This document shows positions 9,356 to 19,830 of a DNA stretch of 64,000 nt, one piece after another. Each line of letters begins with the position of its first letter. Positions within the stretch are counted from its first letter, which is position 1. Both the position numbers and the translations under genes were made by a program. The notes under the pieces were generated by a model. The model worked only from the letters and a program-made list of their open reading frames with translations, made no database searches and was not told where the DNA came from. Source of the stretch: Mantamonas sphyraenae STR306 (taxonomy: Eukaryota; Protista; CRuMs). The stretch is taken from assembly GCA_026936335.1 (NCBI GenBank), contig JAPMXV010000043.1, positions 1-64,000 of the forward strand. Reading direction: 5' to 3'.

Positions 9356-12283
9356 ATGCAAACTTCCTCTCAACAACCCCCTTCCATCGCCCACCTCCTC
9401 ACCTCCCTGGGCGATGGAAACAAAAAGGTCCTCCCTCATCTCATGTACATCTTTGAGGACCTACAGTCGCGCAACGACCATCTCGACCGTGAACTCGCGC
9501 ACACCTCCCGCCTCCTCAAGGAATCCACCCACGAGTGCAACCGCCTGCGCACAGACCTCCAAACCGTAAACACAAAGACAGACAAGACCGCACGTCAGCT
9601 GCGCAACCAGCTCGCCCTTGCCCAGGAGCGCCTCAAACATCTCAGCCTCAAAAAGGACCACGTCATCGACAACGGCCAGCTCAAAGACATCAAGACCCTC
9701 GAGCTCGAACACCTCCGCGCAAAGGTCGAGCTCCTCGAGCAGATGGAATCCGGCTGGAAGGTCTCCATGGACCTCCTCGCCGAGGAACGCGACCGCGCAA
9801 ACGCCGTTGTCCTCGAGTGGGAGACCCGCCGCATGAACGACCGCGACGCCCAGTCCTCTTTCATTTCTTCGCTCGATCGCAAAATCCAGGCGTTTGAGCA
9901 GGAGCTCCACGATCTCGAGGCTGCCATCTCCGAACGCGTCGCCACCGAAGACCTGCGTCAGAACCGCGTCGACGACTTTCTCGCCTCCCTTACCAGTATC
10001 ACCAGAAACGCAAGCGTACGTTTGCCACCCCCGCCCATCCCAGACTGGCACACACTCATCCCCTCTGCCCGCCTCGAAAATCTCTCTCTCCTGCACACAC
10101 ACACACACACACAGGTCCCTCGTCCTCCCACAGACGAGCCCGTCACCTTTGCCTACTTGCGTGTTGCTCTTTCCGAGCCTCAGCAGTGGGCGTATCCCGA
10201 CCTCATGTTTGTTGCCTTGGGCGTGCTCGTCCGCTTTGTCCGCACCGTCGCCGCAGAGAATAACGGCTCCATCGTTTCCCACACCGCCAACTCCGACGTC
10301 TTTCTCATAGCCTTCTCAACCCCGACAGAGGCCCTCAACTTTGCCATGCGCATCCAGCTGGACATTGAATCCCAGCCCTGGCCAAAGCAGCCCCTCGTCC
10401 TGAACAACGACGCCACCGGCGCAGACTTCCAACACAAGCCCAAGCTCAGCGCCCCAAAGGCCTCCCACATCTCCCACTCCGCATCCGATGCTGCGCGCCA
10501 CACAAACTCCTCCGACCCGTCCTCCTCCACCTCCTCCACAACACGCTTTGGCGATCCCATCGAGTCCATCCACGAGTTTGAGCTACAAGGCAACCAAGAC
10601 GACCAGATGGAGTACGACGGCCTCCGTGTCGCCATTGGCATCCACACCAGTGACGCAAGTCAGTATATTGACGCTGTCACAGGCAACGTGTGCTACTACG
10701 GCGATGCCGTCACCGCCTGCGCACAGATTGCACGCCTCGCACACGGCGGCCAGATCCTCGCCAGTGCAGACACCATCCGTCTCGTCAAGAACCAACTCCA
10801 GTTCTTCTACCACAGCAGCGACATGCCTGCCATTTACCAGCTCGCCAGCCGCATGCACACACGCAATCTCGGCTCCTTCACGCTCGGCAAACGAAACGGC
10901 GACCCCATCATCCTCTCCACCGACCCTCCATCGGCCCTTTCCACCCTTTCCCTCGTTCAGGTCCTGCCCGAGGCCCTCTCCGACGAGGAATACCCTCCCG
11001 TCGACGATTCCCCTTCGGTGCTCAAACAGGACGCCACCGCCATCGCCTCTCTCATGCACAACGTCCGCAAGGAAAGCCAGCGCTTCACCGTCGACCTCAC
11101 CAACTTCCTAGGCTCAGTGGAAAAGTTTGGCACGCGTACAGTGCATCTCCGCGACGAGCTCGACCTCTCCAAGGACGTCACCCTCAGCTGGAAGCGCATT
11201 GCAGTCGCACAAGTCCGCGCCATGGTCCAGGAAAAGCAGGACATCGAGCAGCGCATGCGCGCACTCGAACGCAAAAACGTCTTTCTCCGCCAGGTTGTCG
11301 ATGGCCTCACCCACGCCGTCATTGCCTTTCGCAAGGGTGCACGCAAGAACGACGCCCTCCTCCTGCAGCTCGACAAGGTCAGCACAGACAACGCCAAGAT
11401 GAAGGACAACATCGTCACTCTCGACTCCAACCTACGCCAAGAGATGGACTTTAAGATCGTCATTGCCAAGTACTTGCAGGACCTCGGCAAGCGCCTCAAC
11501 AGCTACCACCAGCTCCTTGCCAACAAGAGCCCCACCTCCTTTGAGGCCGCTCTCAAGGTTCTCGAGCTCATTGGCGGCAAGATGCTCGAGGAGGACCTCA
11601 AAATCAAGTACACCCTCGACAAGCACCTCGACCGCTTCAGCAAGCTCCATCTCGACATCCGCCACTACGCAACCGTCATCACCCAGGCCAAAAAGGCCGG
11701 CCACTACGAGCTTGCCCAGGCCGCACGCGACGTAACCAAAATGATGAACAGCAGCAGCAGCAGTAGCAGCAGCAGCAGTGGTACCACCACCACCTCCTCC
11801 TCCTCCGCCACCGCCAACCCAAACACCGTCTCCTCCTCTCCGGCCCCCACCACCGCTTCCTCTTCATCATCCTCCTTCTCCGAACAACCCCCATCTTCTG
11901 ATCCTGTACAAACCACTGTCCCACTCCCCGAGATCCGCAAACACGCCTCTGCCGTAGCTGCACACCCTTCCTCCACCACCACTTCCCCCGCTACCTTTAC
12001 CCCCATTCTGGACTCTCCTGCCCAGTCTCCCCGCCAACGCCTGACTCAACACAGAGTTTCCCGTCAACATCACCCAACTCCTTCCACACATACCCCTGGC
12101 CGTCGCCACCGCGCCGCTTCCAACGCCTCCTCCAGCTCCGCGTCGGCCAACCACGTCAAGACGCTCGAGTTTGGATCCTTGTCCGCCCAAAAATCCCCTC
12201 GCAACCCCTCCCCTCGCACCACCCCACGCAACCATCGCCGCAACACCCATCAACGCATATCTGGAGGGTCCAATGCATTCTGA
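9356..12283 (+). CDS. Coiled-coil protein with a degenerate class III nucleotide (adenylate) cyclase domain; in-frame intron 10016-10114
   Basis: GLRVAIGIH...DAVTGNVCYYGDAV...ARLAHGGQILAS matches the fungal/trypanosomatid-type cyclase core; flanking heptad coils; GTACGT...(CA)nG 99-nt intron. Confidence 0.8.
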   Translation: MQTSSQQPPSIAHLLTSLGDGNKKVLPHLMYIFEDLQSRNDHLDRELAHTSRLLKESTHECNRLRTDLQTVNTKTDKTARQLRNQLALAQERLKHLSLKKDHVIDNGQLKDIKTLELEHLRAKVELLEQMESGWKVSMDLLAEERDRANAVVLEWETRRMNDRDAQSSFISSLDRKIQAFEQELHDLEAAISERVATEDLRQNRVDDFLASLTSITRNASVRLPPPPIPDWHTLIPSARLENLSLLHTHTHTQVPRPPTDEPVTFAYLRVALSEPQQWAYPDLMFVALGVLVRFVRTVAAENNGSIVSHTANSDVFLIAFSTPTEALNFAMRIQLDIESQPWPKQPLVLNNDATGADFQHKPKLSAPKASHISHSASDAARHTNSSDPSSSTSSTTRFGDPIESIHEFELQGNQDDQMEYDGLRVAIGIHTSDASQYIDAVTGNVCYYGDAVTACAQIARLAHGGQILASADTIRLVKNQLQFFYHSSDMPAIYQLASRMHTRNLGSFTLGKRNGDPIILSTDPPSALSTLSLVQVLPEALSDEEYPPVDDSPSVLKQDATAIASLMHNVRKESQRFTVDLTNFLGSVEKFGTRTVHLRDELDLSKDVTLSWKRIAVAQVRAMVQEKQDIEQRMRALERKNVFLRQVVDGLTHAVIAFRKGARKNDALLLQLDKVSTDNAKMKDNIVTLDSNLRQEMDFKIVIAKYLQDLGKRLNSYHQLLANKSPTSFEAALKVLELIGGKMLEEDLKIKYTLDKHLDRFSKLHLDIRHYATVITQAKKAGHYELAQAARDVTKMMNSSSSSSSSSSGTTTTSSSSATANPNTVSSSPAPTTASSSSSSFSEQPPSSDPVQTTVPLPEIRKHASAVAAHPSSTTTSPATFTPILDSPAQSPRQRLTQHRVSRQHHPTPSTHTPGRRHRAASNASSSSASANHVKTLEFGSLSAQKSPRNPSPRTTPRNHRRNTHQRISGGSNAF

Positions 12284-12290
12284 TGTCTAT

Positions 12291-15200
12291 TCAAAACAGC
12301 TTGCCAACCTCTCGCTTGCTCTTCCACACCTGCACTGCCCACCACACCGCCACGCCCATCAATCCGACGCCCCACACCGAAAAAGTCACAATTGTGCCCA
12401 CCTCGGCACTCCACATCCCAATTGCAATCGTCAGCGCGCCAAACGACGTCACAAACGCCAGCGCATAGGACGTCGTACGCCACACGTTCACCCACCGGAT
12501 GTCCCGGCACGGCTGCGCACGCAAACACGCAATCGTCAGCGTGCCGTACACCACCGTCGTTACAAGCAGCGTCAACTGCACATACTGCGCATCCCCCAGA
12601 AAGATCGACAGCACCGTGATGCCCAGCTTCAGTGTGCGTTCAAACACCGCAAACGCCTCGATAAACAGGATGTCCCGCTTGCCCGACCGGTCGTTGATGA
12701 AAAACACCCCCACAAAGAACGCAGTCGTCACGTAGTAAGCCAACGCCGCCAGCGCCACTGCAGACAGCACTGCGTGGTTGCCTGTCCAGCACACAGGGTT
12801 TCCTTCCAGGTTGTCTGCCACGGGCGCCCTCGTGAAGCCTCTGTAGTTGCAGTCCACAACACGCAGCAGCGCACTGACAACCGGGATGAAGCAAGCATTC
12901 GGCAACAGTTTCACAAGCGAGTTGGGAACTGTCTTTGCAAAGTTGGGCGTTACAAACGGAAACTTGGCAAGCACATAGTCGTGGTATCGCGTCGCGTAGC
13001 TCAGTTTGCTCTTCTGATACCCCACTCCCGTACGTTCCCGCGCAAGCATCAGTTGCGAACCGCCCAGGTAGCTGGCAATCATCCACCACACAATCACCAC
13101 CACCAGCGCAACCACAAAGTTCGTCTCGGTCGTCGTGTCCACGCTGAAGCTCACGAAAAAGTCCGTGCCCACAACCATCGGCCGCGATACACTCGCCACA
13201 AACTGCTCTCGCGCAAACACAATCGCGTGCAGCTGCACAAACTCCACGAGAAGCTGCACCAGTGGCACCATGTTCGGTCCCAACTTGCGGATGTGTGTCC
13301 GCGGGTCCGACGCCTCCATGAACCGTTTGTCCTTTCGTGCAAGCCACACCACCCACACGGCAAGCAGGCCCAGCACAAGCACCGTGCTCACCACAAGTCC
13401 CACCGCTCGGTCAGACGTCGCTGCACTCGACGCCTCCAGCGCAAACGGCAGCACCCACGGCCCCACCACGCACAGAAACGTAAACACAAGCGCTGCCACC
13501 ACGTGGTTGCTCCGCGAGCTGTCCACAGGCACCTTGCTCTGGCGCATGTGCAGCATCAGAGCATCGCTCATGTTGACATGCTTTCGTTGCTGCATTGCCC
13601 GTCGGTGGCCACTCTTGCTAGCCTTCACAACGTGCCGTGCGCTCTGCAGCAGCCCCATCATCTTCCCCGCCTCTCCTACTGTCAGCGCACGGTCCAACGT
13701 CGCCCCTGCACCCGCATACTCCTGCGAGCGCTCCTGCGCACGCCCTTGCTTCTGCCGCGCACGCAACGCTTCCACATCCTCCCCCACCCCTTCTATGCCG
13801 CGTACGATGCGTGCGTTCTGCATATGTTCCGACCCGAGCTCGTGGCCCTTGTCCACATCCTTGCTGCCACTTGACTCTTCCTCCCTTTCCAAGCGCACGG
13901 CTTCGCCTCCGTCCGCTCCACCCGCATGGTGTGTCCCATGGTGATTCAGGCCCAGCAGTCCCAGCAACATGATGTACGGTGCAAACACCGCGTAAGGCAG
14001 CACCACGCACACAAAGTATTGCACGTACCGCCGCATCCACAACACCTTCCGCGACAACCCACTGCCTTCTCGGTGCCGTTCCAACACCTCCAGCGTGTCC
14101 AGCAGCGCGTCTCGTTGTCTGCCCAGCTGTTCGATGGCATCGCGCACCTGCAGGCCCACAATCATCGGCTTGCCCTTTCCGTGTGCGCTCTCGGGCAACA
14201 ACGCCACACTCTTCACCAGCCGCATCGTGCACGTCTCGCTCTCCACATCGTGGTGCAGGTACGCTCCCTTGCAGCACGGTCCACACACCTTGGCCACGGG
14301 CTTGCGCACGGCAAGCTCGCTCAGCTCCTTCTCCACGCTCTTCAGACTCTGCTTACACAGCTCCCGCGCAGTCAGCCCAAAGTGCGTCTCTGCGTTCAGC
14401 AACTCCTGCTTCCGCTCCCTCCCGTTCACCTTCTCCACATGCTGCAACAGCACATCCAACGCTTCCGCGCTTCCAAAGCACGCTGCGTCGTGCACAGGAT
14501 ACCATCCCAAGTCGTCCGCCACATCATACTGGCCTCCCATCCAAAGGATCTGCTGCACGTTGCTCGCCACCCCATGTGCGGCTGCAATGTGGCACGCCGT
14601 ACGTCCTAGCGGGTCTGCTTGCAGCCCCACTCCCGATCGGTTCAGCTCCCCTCGCAGCTCGCTCAGCGTCATTCCTTGCATGCGCAACGTGTTCAGGTCA
14701 AACCGCCGCTCCAGCAGTCTGTGCACTCCCGTGCGCACGATGTCCCGTCTCACAGAGTTCTTGGTGTCCGCTGCCGTCGCAAACGGATCCACAGAGTACG
14801 AGTGAAGCTCGTTCATGATCCGCTTGTCCACGCGGTACTTCAGGCCCAGTTCGTATGCGCTCAGCCCGTTCGATGTGTGCATCAGTGCATTCTGCTTCGC
14901 CACCCGCAACAGATACACCACAAGCGACACCTTGTTGCTTGCCACCGCTTGATGCAAGAACGACACCCGGTGCTCGTCCAGCTCGCCCACACGTGTCAAA
15001 AACCCTCCCGGGTGCGTGTGCGGCCACAACACCCGCAGCACAATGTGAAACGCCAGCGTGTACCCCTTGTCTGCACACTGTCGCAGAAGACCTACCACCC
15101 ACGCGTGCTTCACCTCGCTTGCGTCCACTGCCTCTTCGCGCACCTGTGCCAGATTCTTTGCCAGGCTCTTCCACGGCGCATTGTCGTACAACAGCATGCG

Positions 15201-18173
15201 AATCAGATGCGCCTCCGCACGTGTGCACTCATTGTACGAATTCACAACATGGACAGCCGTCTCCTCCACCTCGTGCCACGCTCGCTTTCCCGCCTCCGCC
15301 TCCGCCTCCGCCTCCATACACCGCATTTGCGGCATCATGTTGTAAAACAACGTCGTCGACACGCCTTCCACGTAGTCCAACCCCACCGTCAGCTGTGGAT
15401 GCTCCTCTCGCAGACGCGACACAAGCCCGTATCCCACCTCGTTCCCGCTCACATCCAATCGCTGCAGGTGCTTCTTGCTCCCACGCACCCCGCGCACAAC
15501 CTCTCGCCTCACATCTGCCTTGTCAAAATGCCCATTCACCACAAACCGCATGCGCAACGTCTCCAGCCGCTTGCTGTTGGCCACGCCCTCAAAAAGCACG
15601 CGTGTCCCGCCGCCCACAAACGTGCACTGCGACACATCCAGTGTGTGCACGCTCGTGCTCTCCTTCAGCATTGTTGCCACCCCTTGGCCACACATCACCG
15701 TGCCGCGCACGTACACCTCTCCCAGTTGCGCCATGTTGCCCAACTGTTTGAATACCCCCTCCTCCAGCGTCTCGTTTGCCGTATTGCCCATGCTATGCGA
15801 CATGTCCAGCGCGCGTACACTCTTGTTGCTCCGCGCCACCTCCCGCAGCAGCGTGCTCGTCTCTGCGTCCGCATCGCGCCACAGATACTCGTTGTTTGCC
15901 ACACTCAGCCGTTCCACCACACACGACGGCGCCGCAAGCGCACGCAGCAGTGCGTGCAAGTGCGCCGTCGACAAGTTGCACCCGTCCAGACTCACCTCTT
16001 TCAGTGTCCCGCATGCAAGCTCCATCGCTGCCGCAAACTCCTCCAATTCCTCCTCCGCTCCAATGCCCTTGTTGTCGTTCGCCCGCAACGTCTCCAGTAC
16101 ACTCCCGTCCCCTCGGCTTTCCAGCATCTCTCGCACCATGCTCGCCGTCATCCCGTTGCCCGACATGTCCAGCACTCGCAGCGTGCGATTGTACGCCATC
16201 ACCTCGCACAGCGCTTCCCTCAACCAACCGTCCGCATCGTCCGCATCAATCTCCTCATCCTCCCTCTCTGCCTCCACAGACACGCGCACATCCTCCACAC
16301 TCGTCTCGCCACATCTCGCCACGTCCTCCACCGTCATGTTGTACCCTAGGTTCAGGGTGTGCAGCTGGTTGTGCATCGGGAGCCGCCCGTCCGTTGCCGC
16401 CGCTTCCTCCACCTCCTGCGCGTCCGTTTCGTCCACAAACGTGCTCATGTTTTCATACGGCCGCACATACGTATCCCATGCGCGCTTCACCTTGCGAGCG
16501 TATGCCATCTCTGCCGGCCTCCCTGCAAGCGTACGCAGCACGTGGCCCATCCCGCGCACTGACAGCCTGTTTCGTGACACGTCCAGCTCCTGCAGAGACG
16601 GGTGCATCCTTAGCATCGGCTGCAGCATTACCACACAGCCTTCGGGCGCATCCACCCCTCGCAGCACCAGTGAACGAAACTGCGCACGCGTCGGCAGCTT
16701 CTTGAGCAGGTCTCCCACAGAATCGCTCTCCAGCTGCACCTGCTCCAGCCGCAGCTCACGCACCTGGTTGTGGTACACCGCAGAAATCACCTTGTCCATC
16801 TCGTACCCGTCCAGTGTGCTATCCGTGATCCGCAGCACGTGCACCTCTTCCGAATCCTTCAGCTGCCCCGTCAGCCGATCCAGCGTGTCTCCGCTCACCT
16901 CGCCCAGGTGTGGCAGGTGCACATGATCCATCACAGGTGCTGCCACAAGCAGACGTGTGATCGTGTCGTACAGCTGGTCATAGTCGTAGATCGACACGTC
17001 TTCATGCGCTCCCGACAACAGCTGCACACGTTCCAGCGTGCGGTTCTTTGCCAGGAATTTGCGCAGCCTCTCTCGCGTACGCGACGCAAACACGTTTTGG
17101 TGCAGCAGCAGCGTGCGCAGCGCCTTGTTCTCTTCCAGCGCCGCCAGTCGTGCCACTCCTGCGTCGTCCAAAGAGTTGTGCGACAAGTCCAGCGTCACCA
17201 GCCCTGGACACGCTTGCGCCACCGTTTCCAGCACCTCGTTTGCGTCCCGGATGCTGTTGTGCGACATGTCCACACTCTGCAGTGCCGGGCACTTGGCCAA
17301 CGTCCCCACCACGCTCTCAAACACTGCCGTTCCGTTGCGCAGGCTGCACCCGCTCACATCATAGTGCATCAGTCTCGGGCTCGCCAACGTCAGAGCTGGC
17401 ATCGCAGATCCGTGTAGCGACAGTGTGTGCACCTCGCTAAGTTCTACCGCGTTGCAAAGCCGCTCCAACGCGTACCGCCCTTGAGGAAACGCAACCACGT
17501 TTGTCAGGCGCAGCACTCGCAGCGGCGACTGCTTTGCCTCCAGCAGGTGTCCAATCGACGACAACATGTGCGATGTCACTCGTACCTTGTCCAAAACAAT
17601 GGTTGACAGCGTGCTCGACTGCGACGCCGCCGAGAGGGCGGCGTCCAGCATGTCAGCGTCTTCAGGCTCCCCTTCGATGTGCAGCACTCGAACGTGCGCA
17701 GACGCCCCAATCACATGCGTGATCTTTGACAACAGATGCGGGTCGTCGTGGCTGTTGTAGCTAGAGCTCATCGAAAAGTGGTTCGTCCCCGACGCCAGCG
17801 GGACACGAAAGTCCAAGTTGACCCTCGTCAACACCGGCGCAAACATGCTGCTGCTCCCAATCCCTCCACCTGCCCTGCTCCCACCTCCACTTCCACCTCC
17901 ACTCCCTCCGCTTCTCACGCTCCGCCCGTTGCTCTTGCCGCTTTGTGGCGTGCGTGGCGTTTGCGAAAGTAGAAATTGGACGTGCGGCGAAGCCAACGAC
18001 TCCACAGACGACCCCTCTCTCCCGCCTCGCTCCACCCCTGTCCCTGTCCTTGGCCCGACCCCTCCTGCGCTTGAACCTGCTCGTTCGCTTATAATCTCAA
18101 TGCGATGCAACGCAGAATCTTCCTCCGGTGCTTCCGGCAGCCGCAGGAACGACGAGGCGCTGCTGCTGCTCAT
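12291..18173 (-). CDS. Large LRR (RNI-like) + ankyrin repeat + multi-pass membrane protein
   Basis: Many LxxLDLSxN repeats; ankyrin motifs GRTACHIAAAHG and GWYPVHDAACFG; about 10-11 hydrophobic segments in the C-terminal third; start taken at MSSSSS (an upstream ATG at 18233 overlaps the next gene). Confidence 0.85.
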   Translation of the reverse strand: MSSSSASSFLRLPEAPEEDSALHRIEIISERAGSSAGGVGPRTGTGVERGGREGSSVESLASPHVQFLLSQTPRTPQSGKSNGRSVRSGGSGGGSGGGSRAGGGIGSSSMFAPVLTRVNLDFRVPLASGTNHFSMSSSYNSHDDPHLLSKITHVIGASAHVRVLHIEGEPEDADMLDAALSAASQSSTLSTIVLDKVRVTSHMLSSIGHLLEAKQSPLRVLRLTNVVAFPQGRYALERLCNAVELSEVHTLSLHGSAMPALTLASPRLMHYDVSGCSLRNGTAVFESVVGTLAKCPALQSVDMSHNSIRDANEVLETVAQACPGLVTLDLSHNSLDDAGVARLAALEENKALRTLLLHQNVFASRTRERLRKFLAKNRTLERVQLLSGAHEDVSIYDYDQLYDTITRLLVAAPVMDHVHLPHLGEVSGDTLDRLTGQLKDSEEVHVLRITDSTLDGYEMDKVISAVYHNQVRELRLEQVQLESDSVGDLLKKLPTRAQFRSLVLRGVDAPEGCVVMLQPMLRMHPSLQELDVSRNRLSVRGMGHVLRTLAGRPAEMAYARKVKRAWDTYVRPYENMSTFVDETDAQEVEEAAATDGRLPMHNQLHTLNLGYNMTVEDVARCGETSVEDVRVSVEAEREDEEIDADDADGWLREALCEVMAYNRTLRVLDMSGNGMTASMVREMLESRGDGSVLETLRANDNKGIGAEEELEEFAAAMELACGTLKEVSLDGCNLSTAHLHALLRALAAPSCVVERLSVANNEYLWRDADAETSTLLREVARSNKSVRALDMSHSMGNTANETLEEGVFKQLGNMAQLGEVYVRGTVMCGQGVATMLKESTSVHTLDVSQCTFVGGGTRVLFEGVANSKRLETLRMRFVVNGHFDKADVRREVVRGVRGSKKHLQRLDVSGNEVGYGLVSRLREEHPQLTVGLDYVEGVSTTLFYNMMPQMRCMEAEAEAEAGKRAWHEVEETAVHVVNSYNECTRAEAHLIRMLLYDNAPWKSLAKNLAQVREEAVDASEVKHAWVVGLLRQCADKGYTLAFHIVLRVLWPHTHPGGFLTRVGELDEHRVSFLHQAVASNKVSLVVYLLRVAKQNALMHTSNGLSAYELGLKYRVDKRIMNELHSYSVDPFATAADTKNSVRRDIVRTGVHRLLERRFDLNTLRMQGMTLSELRGELNRSGVGLQADPLGRTACHIAAAHGVASNVQQILWMGGQYDVADDLGWYPVHDAACFGSAEALDVLLQHVEKVNGRERKQELLNAETHFGLTARELCKQSLKSVEKELSELAVRKPVAKVCGPCCKGAYLHHDVESETCTMRLVKSVALLPESAHGKGKPMIVGLQVRDAIEQLGRQRDALLDTLEVLERHREGSGLSRKVLWMRRYVQYFVCVVLPYAVFAPYIMLLGLLGLNHHGTHHAGGADGGEAVRLEREEESSGSKDVDKGHELGSEHMQNARIVRGIEGVGEDVEALRARQKQGRAQERSQEYAGAGATLDRALTVGEAGKMMGLLQSARHVVKASKSGHRRAMQQRKHVNMSDALMLHMRQSKVPVDSSRSNHVVAALVFTFLCVVGPWVLPFALEASSAATSDRAVGLVVSTVLVLGLLAVWVVWLARKDKRFMEASDPRTHIRKLGPNMVPLVQLLVEFVQLHAIVFAREQFVASVSRPMVVGTDFFVSFSVDTTTETNFVVALVVVIVWWMIASYLGGSQLMLARERTGVGYQKSKLSYATRYHDYVLAKFPFVTPNFAKTVPNSLVKLLPNACFIPVVSALLRVVDCNYRGFTRAPVADNLEGNPVCWTGNHAVLSAVALAALAYYVTTAFFVGVFFINDRSGKRDILFIEAFAVFERTLKLGITVLSIFLGDAQYVQLTLLVTTVVYGTLTIACLRAQPCRDIRWVNVWRTTSYALAFVTSFGALTIAIGMWSAEVGTIVTFSVWGVGLMGVAVWWAVQVWKSKREVGKLF

Positions 18174-18231
18174 AACAAACTGAAACTTTTCCCTTGCTGG
18201 CCGCCGCGCCCCACTCCGCCCACAGCAACAC

Positions 18232-19713
18232 ATGACCCACTCCCGTTACTCTTCCCTTGCGCTGTGTTTCCTCGTGCTGGCCATCCCTCTCCTTCAAGCT
18301 CCTCCCGCCGTAGCCCAAGGCGACCAGGCCCAACCCGACCGTGTCATCCACGTCCAGCTCAACGGCGTGCCCACCATCCTCAACGAGCTCACAAACACGT
18401 CTGCACCGGCGCAGCCCCAGTCTGTCACCCTCACCTCTGCTACCTCCACCGTCGCCGAACTCCTCTCCCTTGTCGAGGCCCACTTCCCCAAGCTCCGTCC
18501 GCTCCGCGCTGCCACTCTCTATACTCCCCAGGGCAACCCCGTTGAGAACGCACACGTGTCTCAGCTCAAGAACAACGATCTTCTCTACCTTCTCCAGGAG
18601 AGCGAGCAGTTCATGTGGCCTGCTCCTCGTGTGGGACACAAAAGTGCTCGCTTCGTTTCCGCTCTTCCCGCGCCGTCACAGAGGTTTACGCCGGCCCCTG
18701 ACCCACTCACACCCTTCCGTACACACATTTTCCCCTTCAAAACAGTCCCCCTCGGTGCACCTCACCCTTCCCTCAATCTCACGGGCATGGATGACCTCCA
18801 GCTCACCGTGGTCAGCACCTCGCCCCGTGTCTTTCTTGTCGACAAACTCCTCACCGCAGACGAGTGCGACCTCCTCATCAAACTCGCCGAGCCCAACATC
18901 ACCACCCAGGTCGAGGACGAGGAGCCGTCCGTGTGGATGGATATGGAGTCTCACCCCATTTTTGACGCCATCGAACGCCGCCTCCGCCACGTCACTCGCG
19001 TCCCCTACGCCGAGAAGAGCGGCGAAGACGTGCAGGTGGCTCGGTACAACTCCACCCGCGTGTACGAGCACCGTTACGACGCCACCGACGACCAAAGCGA
19101 CGATGGATACAACAGGTACATCTCGGCCGTCCTCTTTCTCAACTCGGTTGCGGCCGGAGGCGAGACCGTGTTCCCCTTTGCCAACGGCAACAAGTTCAAT
19201 GACAACTACACAGATTGCAACCAAGGTCTCAAGGTGCGTCCTCGCAAGGGAGCCGCCCTCCTCGTCTACAACCTCAATGCCGGCGGCGTCGTCGATGGAG
19301 AACTCGACCTCGCCTCCCTCCGAGGCGAATGCCCGCCCACCCAGGGGTTCAAGTATGTCGCCAACAAGTTCATTTGGAACCACCCAGATCCGGACGACAG
19401 CGAAAGCGAGCTCAGCGACGACGACGACGCTGCCTCGGCTTCGGCCTCTGCCAGCGAACTCAGCGGAGAGGACGATGACGCTGCCGACCTCAGCGCAAGC
19501 GCAAGCAGTGGCGAAGAAGAACGCGATGACGATGCAGACGACACACAAGGCGCTCCTCGCTCAGCCGGACGTCAACAAGACGATGACGAGAGCGAAGGCG
19601 ACGAGGAGGACGACGGCGACGACGACGGTTCAGGTTCCGCCTCCGACGACGACCACAACGACGCACAGGATAGCCAGGATGCAAAGGACAACAATGCAAA
19701 GACCGAGCAGTGA
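18232..19713 (+). CDS. Secretory-pathway prolyl 4-hydroxylase-like protein, probably inactive; in-frame intron 18644-18745
   Basis: Signal peptide; SPRVFLVDKLLTADECD, GEDVQVARY, FLNSVAAGGETVFP, GLKVRPRKGAALL, GFKYVANKFIW; acidic C-terminal tail. Confidence 0.85.
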   Translation: MTHSRYSSLALCFLVLAIPLLQAPPAVAQGDQAQPDRVIHVQLNGVPTILNELTNTSAPAQPQSVTLTSATSTVAELLSLVEAHFPKLRPLRAATLYTPQGNPVENAHVSQLKNNDLLYLLQESEQFMWPAPRVGHKSARFVSALPAPSQRFTPAPDPLTPFRTHIFPFKTVPLGAPHPSLNLTGMDDLQLTVVSTSPRVFLVDKLLTADECDLLIKLAEPNITTQVEDEEPSVWMDMESHPIFDAIERRLRHVTRVPYAEKSGEDVQVARYNSTRVYEHRYDATDDQSDDGYNRYISAVLFLNSVAAGGETVFPFANGNKFNDNYTDCNQGLKVRPRKGAALLVYNLNAGGVVDGELDLASLRGECPPTQGFKYVANKFIWNHPDPDDSESELSDDDDAASASASASELSGEDDDAADLSASASSGEEERDDDADDTQGAPRSAGRQQDDDESEGDEEDDGDDDGSGSASDDDHNDAQDSQDAKDNNAKTEQ

Positions 19714-19830
19714 GTGCGCATGTCGACGTGAGAAAAATGAAGCGGCGGATGCGCACGCGCACAGCACGCGCAACTGCCACAAACTCAACCGCTCCCCGTT
19801 TTCTCCCTCCCCATCGCTCGCCTCGATCGT

